Assembly: GCF_964204865.1 (NCBI RefSeq)
Contig: NC_135261.1
Span: 12,028,001-12,092,000, forward strand
From: Styela clava
Lineage: Eukaryota
Direction: 5' to 3'
Length of the DNA stretch: 64,000 nucleotides
A model generated the notes under the pieces. The model was given only the letters and a program-made list of their open reading frames with translations. It did no database searches and was not told the DNA's origin. Position numbers and translations under genes: made by a program. This document shows, piece by piece, positions 36,401 to 48,400 of the stretch (its first letter is position 1; every line of letters starts with the position of its first letter).

Positions 36401-39400
36401 TACTATGAACCCTAGGTAGACTGTGCCGAATTTGATGTCATATGTATTTGTGATATTATAATGATCCATAATACCTTTCTGAATATTTAATTATGGGCTG
36501 AACTGTGTGTTATTAATGTTCATATCTAAATTTGTGTCCTTAATTCTTTCACAGTGTCATGAATTTGATAAATGCCGGTTCGATGTTGCAATAAACGACA
36601 GTGTTTGGTATATGAGAGCACCTGATGAAACAACAAGACAACAATGGATTGAAACCATTGAAGCAAATAAGGTATTTGATTATCTGAATAAGTTCATATT
36701 TTATAATCTGATGTTGTTTATTTATTTTTTTAAAAAAAAATAATTAAAATTCTGACATTATATGCAAATTTAGTGCGACTCAATTTTGTATCTATTAACA
36801 CTTTGTTTATCCGTAATTCTTGTTCAATCATGTAATAAATGAATAAGCATAGATCACACGTATTAGAAAATATGATATTGCTGTGTATATATGTTAAAAT
36901 AAAATGCAGTGCAGTACTGAATAATGAATGAACCAAAATTGCATGAAATTGAAATTAGAGGAAGCAGTGATTTAAATAAAATTTTTCACTATAACAAACT
37001 ATTATGGCTTCGAATTTGGTATGATTGTGGGATGTACTGCCAGTTAATTCGGTATAGTACTGTATTAGTTTCATCAAAGAAATAGCATTTTCAGTACACA
37101 AGATCAATTTTCACTCTTTGTCCTTAGCTTTACCCATTTCCTGTCTTTATTCAGGAAAGGAAAGCTCAATGTCAGTAGACTAACAATAGTTGTACTTGTA
37201 ACCTTATTTTTGTCTTCAATTTTTTCATTCTGCAATTTTCCAAATACAAAAAATGTTATCTTTGAAGGGACTTTGATAGTCTTTTAACAAACGTCTTGCA
37301 AAATAATTTTTTGGCTTGGCAGTGTGGCACACCATGCTAAGCTTTAAAAAATATGCTTCCCACCGCACATATGATTACACTTAGTGGGTTTGCATTTTCG
37401 AATTCTGTCGGGATAATTATGTGCGAGAGGATTGCAGGACTCCTTGCTGTCGTAGGGTGGTTCACTTAACTGCTGGTCGGTTACGGCTTCCTCCACCATC
37501 CAGTCGATGCATCTGAAAACAAATGACAAACTAATTCCATACTTGACATAGACTGTTAATCGGATTAGAGGCTGTGGTTATGCTTAGCATATGATTGAGC
37601 TGTCCTATCGGCTTTTCTCTCTCACAGGTTGAATATGTAAATCCAATTACTAATTCTGCGTTTCTCATTCAACCTGGTAATAGTTTGAGAGCTCCTCTTC
37701 AATTACCATTAGTTTATACAAGTCTGTGCGCTTTTGTTTGACTTATTGAAATATATTTGAAAAGGAATGAGATGAAAGTATGCTAAGTCAATATATAATC
37801 TTAAGAAATGAAATTTATTTATTGGCTTTTTTTATTTCTCAATACCATCAACTGCCAATGAACGAATTCAAAATTGAATGAAGTTTTCTTACCAATCACC
37901 ATAACAATTGAAAATTGATTTTCAGTTTGAACTCCTTTGTATTCCCTTGCAATAAAATATTATAATCTTTCATCGATCAGTAGGCCTATGAAATTTACTT
38001 GATATTTTCATCAATATCTAATCTGTGAAATTTTCTTCAGGACAATGGTTATCTTATGTGGAGAGTAAGTTATGTCATGCTCTTTATTTGTTTTAAATAA
38101 CAGCAAGTTTTCATTTTTTTTATCTACTTATTTTTTTATTTTACTTCATAACATTGAACCATTATTATTCTGCTTGTTTAACTTTATGTTCATAAGGTGA
38201 CATTATTCAAAGTAAATCTAATTTATAATTTCCTTTTCTCCTAAGATAGACTGTAGATGTCTATCTATTCTTTAGCTAATAAAGACGAGCATGCCTGAGG
38301 GGGTGGTTTTCTAATAACTGACCTGGATTTGTACAAAAAGCTTCTATTGTAATCTTTAGTTTGACTTTTGGACTATGTTGACATTCTAAAAACGAAGACC
38401 AAATTAATTATCTTGTTTTGTTTATAGGATTTTGCGGAAAGGTTTATCACAAATCTATTATCAAATTGTTTCAGTATCATAAAATTGAAGACCCATGTTT
38501 GGAGTATTTTTGTGAAATTACAATAGAAACTGTGAAACTTATATAGGAAGGAGCAAATGACATCTAGTGTAGCGATAATGTTTCGTTATTTACCATAAAT
38601 CATGCCAGAATCTATGGATCTACTAATTGGTTTCTTGATATTTATTATCTAATGTCATGTTCTATCAGATAAAATATTTCTGCAAAAAATATAATACAAA
38701 CATCAAATTTTTATCGATAAATCCAATATAAAAAATTATTGTTTTTCAACGGAAATTCCTAAACTTTAGAGGTCATTTTAAAATATTGTATACGTAATGT
38801 AAAACATTCTTATGTTTGGCCTGAATTCAGGCCCCCAGGTGTTTATATTTTGACAATAAAAACTTTGATAAGGACAGGATGCATTCTTGTGCAAAAATTT
38901 GCAGCATTTCTGCAAAACTTAGAATTATCTTATCTTATAATTACTTCCATATAGGATTGGTGACGTTCAAATGTCATTAGCTGTTATTGCATTGGTTATA
39001 TTCAAGTAGGGCTGATATCTTGAGTCTCAAATCCTTGGTGAAATCACAATACCATATCAATGATCACAATCACGGTACATAATCTTTTGAGTGTTGTTCA
39101 TGATATAACAAAAACTGACACCCTATGAATATGTTATGTAGAATGAGGTAATGCATCACTGTGTGTTTAATTGATATGTTGAATTATATTATATTTAACT
39201 TTATTATATTTTCAAACTTTTTTTTAATTAGAAGATTCAAGAAAAGATTGCAAGTTTAAGAAATTTTCTTTCTATTCTAAACTAGGGATTTTCAAAGAAT
39301 TTGGTTAATATTTATAATTCGAATATTTTAATAATAAGTTACCAACTTTTTTTCATAATTTGGGATTTATGATTTGCACTGATATCATTTATTTCATTGC

Positions 39401-42400
39401 CTAACCACGAAATAAGTATTATCGTAATGCCTGTTTCTTTTTCGAATGTACATTGAAATATACAGTTAGCCTAAACCTTTAATAAATCTATTCAAATTAG
39501 CGTTTTAATCACCGACTACATACAAATATTATTTGTTTTATCTGCATTGTAATGGACCTGGTTCTAGTTATATCTATGACCTTATATAGCCTATGCTATG
39601 CATATTATATTCATTAAATTGATTTTAATGACCGGGAGCCTATGATATACATTAGTTGCACTGTTCTGAATCATGTGACATGAGTCACTGTTGCCGACAA
39701 GGAGTCACGTGCATATGTTCAAGGATGTAATGGCTAAACTTATTTGGTCCATATTATCGTAATCACACAAAGTGACCTTTGTTATTATTTGAATCTAAAA
39801 TTCGTTTCTCACTAAATAAAATTGATTCAAAATTTATTGACAAGAAAAATAGAATAATATAATTTATTTTAATGAGTGGAGAACGTTGACTGCTTGTCAG
39901 ATGTGATGATTTTAGTGGTTGATTTTCTTCCATAAGGTTTGAGTTATATTCATTTATCTGACCTATGTGGTAATATAAGAGTGTTCACTCATTTTGAATG
40001 TCTTAAAGAAACCTTATATACTATTATGAAACAGTGTTCCGGGCAGCCATGAACATTATATTCTTGTATTCTCTAAACCTATTTACCATCTCTGATTCTT
40101 GACTGTGTCAGATAATCAATAAATACAATTATTTATGACAACACCCTTGTATGTTTCACCACGAATAGCACGGGAGACATATGTTATACTTCAAAAATGA
40201 TATGCAATAAACGTTTCACTCTTAATTAGGTCTTGTTATACAACTCAGATTGAGATTTCTGTAATTCCATTTCGTTGTTATAGGTTATTACAGAACTGAT
40301 AGGTTACTGGTTATGTCATGGGTTGATTTATTTCAAATTTTGTATACCATATGACAATACCATGATACCATATTTTCAAAATTAATAGTACTTTAAACAG
40401 GTACTAGTACTATTAACCAAGTCTAAATTACTTATCAAATTACTGAAATCATTTGAATGTTTGATGGGAGTCATTCATTGACCTCTGTAACTTAACTCTG
40501 TAGCTTATGAATCATATTTCAATATTTATCATTTGTAAGATCACAGCCTTATCAGACAGTGATGATAATTTTATTTGCTAACTGCACATATATGCATAAA
40601 TGACCCATGGTTTTTCTATGTTAATAACATTCTAGAATAGGTGGATTTTTACCAATAGTCCAAAGTGCAAGTTTTATATATATCCTATTTTCGCTGAATA
40701 CCACATACCCGTCCGCGTAGGCATGCAACTTTATCAATCAGTTTACTCAGGAAGTTATGTTTAATGATGTCATTAAAATTAACAGATACCGACTTTTCAT
40801 AGGTCACTAGGCATATAAATTGACATCCTAATGAATTTATTAGGCTATTTGCGTTTAGTGAGTTAATAACATATAATTACTTGTTCCGGGTGAAAAAATG
40901 AGAATTATACAAATTTTCTGTTCTGCCCTGTTATTAATTTTCAATCTTGTATTCTTTGATACTCTGTAACCTGAGTTATGATAAGTTAGAAGTTGTTGCT
41001 ATTACTTAACATATCCGTAGCCTGCCCTAAAATAAGCAAACTAAAACAAAATGGAAATTGGTGAGTGAGCAATAAGAGGATAATATTTATTTTTTTCATT
41101 CAAAACTATTTAAATCGATTATTTTTGATACCAAATTCTCAAATTTTATTTGTGAGACTTCATTATAAAACTCTATCTACCATGGAAACTAAAAATTTAT
41201 TCAATATGATGATTATTTCTCTTTTATAAAAGTTTTAGCAATTTTTTTCACAACATTTTCAACTTTCAAGCTGTGGTCATAATCCTTCAAATCAGTACGA
41301 TAATAAATTCACATTTCTTGTCCATCTCCGAATCTGTCATGAGATTATATAAAATAGCTAGCTAGCTAATACATTCTCAACTTGAGGTTTATTATCAAAA
41401 TCATGTATCATCATACGCTATTGATTTTATTGAAAATATTTTGATTGGCAAGGACACACTTCCTCTATATCTGGTCCATTCATTTCCTCATGTTATATAA
41501 TACTCATATTTACCTTTATTTATAGGTTGTATGTGTTATATATTTGGGGATAGAAATAGTTATTCATACAGTTATAACGCGATTGTGTTATTGAATAATG
41601 GGCGCTTCAGAAGTGTGTGTACCAACAACTAATTTTGTTCGCCTCCTTTACATCAAGTTGTGTAAAGGGACGGAAGCCTGTGGGCAGGGAGTACAAACAG
41701 TCTCCGAACCCGTAATCAGAACCAAATAATGGCTTAAGCCTAACCTGGTACACATACTACGGGAGTACCGAATATTGTTATAATAACTTGCATATTTATT
41801 GCATACTGTCTTGATTTTAAAATTTATTATGGTGGAATCATTCAGCATGTGGGTGTGAAGTAACAGGTACCAAGTTATGACTCATACACGATATAATGAA
41901 ATACTTATCATGTTTAGTAATATCTGTTTATTATTGAATCTGTTTCTATGTAGGGAGCTGTGTTCAATCAAAAATGTCAAAAACGAAACAGTTATATTTT
42001 GAAATTTTTTTGTCTTCCATATATCGAACTTCTGGAAATATGAGCCATCAGAATTCTAGAATACCGGCTTGTTGAATTGAACATACCTCCATTTGTGGCC
42101 TACAATTTCATGATGATTTCATTGCTTTCTTTTTTTATCGTACACGAGTTTCACTGGGCTTTATAAGTAAATAGTTGCAGTATACTGAAGAAATTGTTTT
42201 GATAAAATTTGGTGCTACATAACAAAATAATGTTGCAATTTATTTTGCATTAAGCATGACTTTTTTGTTTATATAAATTTTTTATTTTATGATTTTCACA
42301 AATGCATTTTGCTTCTTTCAACCAGGTTAAAAGTTTTAGACATCTAGGATTAGGCATAACAATTTTTGTTATAGAGATTTCCATATCTGAAAAATCCAGT

Positions 42401-45400
42401 GTTTATTGTGAATATTTTAAATTGAAGCAGCAAAATTACATTGCATGTCATAAGCATGTATACATAAAATTCATAAATATATGATTTTCTTTACTCAAGT
42501 TCAAAGAATTCTTCATGAGATAAACAGAATTATGTAATTTGAAAATTATTGGACACGGTACTGTAATGGATTTAATACTACTTTGTTTTGGTCTTTGTGT
42601 CCATATATTTGAGCATTGCTATCTTGTCACTTTTATTAAGGTTTCTACCCTTATTGAACAATTATTATTTTTTGTTTTTGAACATTTCCTAAGTATTTTT
42701 TTGTTTTTAGTCTGAATCAGGATATGGATCGGATGGAAGTAGTCTACGTCGCCATGGCTCCATGATGTCACTTGGCAGTGGATTGTCAATCACCTCGAGT
42801 TCATCATTCAGAAAAGGTTGATTAAATTTTCCAATTTTTTTGTAGTATGTTGTGAATTAATGTGTTTTAAAATATAGCATAATATGGCATCTTACAAATT
42901 TACAAGGAGAATTAATGAAGTAAAATAGTTTGGTACTCCAGACTGCAATTTGGAGTTCTGTTCAAATGAAAAATAGTCCCGATTTTGATATTCACTTTTC
43001 ATTCTTCAATTTTGAAATTATATCTGACATTTGAATGGGAAATGTACCCATATCATCAAGGTTATGATTTCCTATCAGCTTTTTTTCAAGTGTAAAGAGG
43101 TACGAATAAAGATAACTAAAAAGTTTCGTTCAACTGTTCTGAAAAAACTAATATTCATGAAATCCCAATTTGCCTTCTCAGTGACTTTTCAACTTTTATT
43201 ATGAGGCTGTTGGTTCAGATGTATCTTATCATATACTAAATTAGTATGTTTAAATTATTTTGAGAATGTCCATAGCAGGCCATGTCGCACTTACTCAAAA
43301 GTAAAGAATCTCTCTGAGAAATGTTACGAAAGACCACTCAAATACCAAGTAGCCTGCTATATTATAGATATATGGCGATGCATTATGCGCCAGCAAATTC
43401 TGATTGACAAATTCAAGTCAATAATACAATTATACACCGAAGAATATTGAAGTAAAAACATTGTAACGGGATCTCTGAGCGACTAAATTGAGTATAACAG
43501 TTCTCTTCACTAAATAATTTGTTTGTTATCCATGTTATATAGAGAATTTTGCAATCATGTTTAGAGAACAACTCTTCATACAAATAATTTGTGTATTGTT
43601 ACCACCGGATTTGTGTTTTACCGTATATTAATACATACTATGCTCCATTCTTTTGTCAACGTGATCTGAATTCATGACGTTCCGAACAAATTTAGGCAAG
43701 ACAAAATTTCTATTACTATATTTGTTATCAGAAAATCAATTTATTCTGAGAATTATTGATTTCCAAAGTCCAATTCATGTCTCAATGAATGTCTGCCATC
43801 AGGTCATGTCATGTATGGTCGGCCCTTTAGTTCTATCCATTCAAAAAATCCCCTTTTATTTTACATCGTCTAATTTAAACGTGGTGAACTAAATGTCAGT
43901 GAATAGCTAAGTGGCTACTATATATGGAAGTGGGAAATATTTCAAACTATGAAAATTTCATTTCGTCTAAATCTCATGTTTTTACCTAATTATCATTGTT
44001 ATTAAATCGAATTATTACCTGTCATAGTGGTTCATAAAACAAAACATTCTAGTGTTCAGAACTCTATGCTTACCCTTCCATACAGGAAGGAAATAGGTTT
44101 GGTAGGCGATGTTGAATAGAAATCTCTGTGATCTGGTGGTCAGACTATCGTTACTGTAAAAGATTTGAAACTCGTTTTGGCCTTGATATGCATATATATT
44201 TGAGCATCGCTTTTTTGTTTTTATTTATAGCACAATAATTTATCAACATTATTTTCAGGTCGTGGTTTATTCGAAAAATTGGCTGAATTAGAAACATTCA
44301 GAGATATTTTGTGCAGACAAGTCGACACATTACAGAAACATTTTGATGCTTGTGCTAATTCTGAAGAACAAAGTGACATCAGAGATAACTTCGGCAGTAA
44401 GTTATGTTATGTTTTCCATGGTTCATGTATAGGATTCAGAATTTTTGTTTTTTGTTGAATTCTTTTACTGCCATGCATGGACCATCATACTTGAACTGCT
44501 CCTAGCCAACTAACTCAAAAGTTTTTAAAAGAAAGTAATAACACCTTATTGAATTACTAGGAAATTACAGTGATTTTGTAGAATTCAGTGCGATTTCAGC
44601 CCGTTCTAATCAGCTCCCAGCACCCAAGTTATGAACAATGATGTATTCTGTTAGTTTATGCATTGGAACAGTGGTTTCCCAGACTTTCATGATTGATTTC
44701 AAGACACTCTCCTTCCAAAGACTCTTAACAATTGTGGCCCCCATCCTGTTCCTTGAAAATAACCAGTATTGCATTCATCGTGTTCCCATCAGTTAATTCA
44801 TGCACCACTTTCAATAATAAAAAGCTAACAAACAAAAGCATAATAATCAATGCATTATAGTCAAAGAATTGAACGACTTTTAGTCGCTTTACTTTTTCGT
44901 TAATTAATGTAGTTATGGTGAATAGAAGTTGAGATATATAACACAGTCAGTACCTTGTATGAAGTCGTAGTATTAAATATATATCTAAAAAATTTTTTTT
45001 CAAAATGTAATTTCTAATTTTTGTTCAATTCAGTGGACGCAGATGCTGATGATGAAATAGATCACGAGGATGATATAACGTTAACCAGTACTGACCCTGA
45101 TTCATTGCATAGAACTAGCAATGTAAGTATGACATCAGTAATAAAAAAATAAGGTTTTATCAACACATATGATAAGCTGGAGATTATCATTAAACTTTCA
45201 CTTCAAACAGGCCTCTGTACAATCAGCTACTGATATACCAGCAGATGTATTATTGAGAAGACCAGTTCTGTAGCCAATTCTCCTTTTTCATTCCTGATTT
45301 AACAAATTATCTCACCGAAACAAAAGAATTTGAAATTGTGACCTCATAATTAAAATATAAGCAAACCAGATTTTGTTATATTATTTATCACATTATTGAT

Positions 45401-48400
45401 ACTTTATTATTAATAAAAAATTTTTGAAGCGGTACATTGTGGAGAAGTAAATTTTACATTTAAAGATGAAAATGTGGCTTATTCTATTCAATATTTGAAT
45501 GCAATATTCTGATAAAATGTAGCTAGCAGTTAGGATTATGCAAGACTATCCTATCCCTCATTTTTGACTTTTTACTGGTGGATCCATATGTGTGTAATGC
45601 AAGGATGCTGTAGCGAGAACAAAATTTGATGTAAAATGTATATAATTAAATAATGTGATGAGTTTCGATTTGCACAAACTTTTCGGTTTAAATTAAGGCG
45701 CAAATTACGGTACATTTTACACTTTTTTGTTCTAAGAATTATTCACACCAACAAAATATCAATTCAATCGTGCAGGTGACTTATAGACCAGAAGGAATTG
45801 ATTTTAAAGGAGAAGCAATAACATTCAAAGCAACAACAGCAGGAATTATTGCAACTTTATCTCATTGTATCGATTTAATGTCGAGTAGAGAAGAAACGTG
45901 GCAGAGGAGATTGGAGAAGGTGTGTGAGGAGATTTGAAGAATTTTTTTTATTACTTTTTTTTACTTGAGAAGAAGAATACTAACGTCTAACAACAACATA
46001 ATAACTAAATCATCCATAGATCAACTTCATGAGTAAGGCGTGAGCATCAAAAGGATGCTCTTATTGTTGCTCCACTCCACTCTTGTTGTTGTTTTTCTCC
46101 ATAGCTAATGCACCAATCAATTTCAAATTTTCGATGAAAATGGAAGAAGTTGGCTAGAAGTCTAGTACTTTTATTTTTTTTTCTATGAGACCTGATATTT
46201 TACTTGAAATTTTGTATTTTCTTTTTGTTTATGGGAGCACTTTCTATAGCAAATTGGGAACACTCAGGGATATCCAAAACCGAATATTTTACTATTCCGA
46301 ATACATTCGTAAAAATAAAAAATTTGAATATGAAATATCGAATACATTCTAAATTGAGGACAATTTCATGTGTGAAATTACATAAGTCACTACATCTTCA
46401 TGTTCATTATGTCTGAAATGATATAAATTTAAAGGTCATTGTTTTCTCTATGTTGCTTGTTATCAGTTGAGATATCGTACGTTTTGTTATCTGCTTGTTT
46501 GGCAGCCCAAAAACTTTTTTAAATTATTCCTATATTTGAATATTTTTTTATGCTATATATACTATTTTTATATTATCATGCTTTACTGACAAATTTTACA
46601 GGATTGCAAAAAAATTTACAAAAAAACTATATTTTGATTACCGGTATCTGAATTTAGGGTTGGATATTACCGTAATTCAAATTTTTCCTAAATTCAATGT
46701 TTATTTTGACTTGTCTCACAGGAGCACGAGAAAAGAAGACGTTTAGAGGAACAACTTCGGCATGCCGTAGAGTCTGCAAAACAGAAAATTACTTTTGCTG
46801 GAAGCCCTGATTTTGAAGAAGGACCACAAAGTACGATTACGGAAGAAGAATTTTTTGATGCAGTGGAGGCGGAGCTGGATAAACAAGATAAAATAGTAGA
46901 AGATGTGAGTTGCATAGCAAGGCCCATAATCATGAAATATAGAAATCATAGTCTTAGGACAGTATTAAGAGAAATTGTCATAAACCAGTGGGGTATCACC
47001 ATGAAACCATGGAATGGTAGGAAACAATGAAATATTGTTAAATCACAGCTTGTTTTAATGTGATACATTGTTTTATTGCAACGTGATACTAAATTTTCTT
47101 GATTAATGTGATTCGCAAACCCTTCTCCATTTAATTTTTAGATCATCTATATTTCTCTGATTTTAAATAAGTTTCAATCCTTTTCGTAAAAGGCCATGCT
47201 TAACTATTTTTCGTGTAGAAGCTCCAGTGACCAAGTTAGATACTCGGAGGATCAAATGAATTTAATTTATACGGTTCCATTACATTTGAACCCACGTGCA
47301 TTTGAACCCATGACAATTGCACCTGTATGCTATTGCACCTATGGAATTTTTTTTGTTTCACGGATAGTTAAACCCATACTAACCCTAACCCATGGGTTTT
47401 AGCACCCGCATATAGATTGAACCCGTGGTTATACGCATGGGTTCAAATGTACATGGGTTCAAATGTACGGTCACCAATTTATACAAGTGTATCCACAAAA
47501 TTATTAATTTACTGTGTTAATTTTACTTCTTGAGTGAAATTATTATTCATGTCAAATATTACAGTGAACACAGCCCGTCGACAACCGATAATTTCTGATT
47601 TAGATAAAGTGGGATATACTAATAACATTTAACTTGGTTTTATTAATTATGTTTAAATATACTTTAGAGGGAACATTCGAAGAAGTTACAAAAAGCTGCA
47701 ATCGAAAAAGAAAAAACAGTGCACCCTTTCAGTAGAGAATTAGAACGAAGAATACATGAACATTTAATCGATTCGGTGAAAGATCCAAGTAAAGATGAAC
47801 ATACCGACTGGGAATTGTTTGCTGAAGAAGGAGAAATGAAAGTATATAGGTGGGTTTTGAATACATGAATATGAGGAAAATATAAATCTGATTTATAAAT
47901 GAAATTGGTAATGTCTGACATCTTTGACAATTGATATGCAATTTTATTGTGTGTGTAGTCACTACGCCGCAGTAAAACCGAAGTGTCACATTTTTCAGAA
48001 ATAAATTTTTTGATATTACCGGTATGTCATTATGAACCAAGGGCAATTTTTGGTCTAGGTTTCAAAGCTGTAGCTGTTTTAGTTTTGATTTGTCTGTTTT
48101 GAATTGGCTGTAAAATGTGATTTTCTCAAAACGTGACATAAGCGAATTTGGTTCTTTTGTAGCGATTAGGGCGAATTGGCCTGTTTTTACCAAATTAACT
48201 ATCTGACAAATAAGTTTTTCATTCTTGTCAATATGGTCCAATTCTTCAAAATATCTGTCAGTATCTCTTAATTGGCATATATTGTTATTTTTTTACGCGA
48301 TTTCGCTCAAAGGCCGCACTCATCCGCTCAGAAGTAATGGAAACTCATCTCTGGGCAAAGTTACGGCAGATACATAAATTCTAAAAGCTACTGAAAGTCT

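Noticed and set aside
47565-47608. Possible extra CERT1 exon (acag|TGAACA..AAA|gtggga)
   Set aside because: It begins with TGA in the required phase 0 and has a weak donor; exons 8 and 9 join in frame without it.
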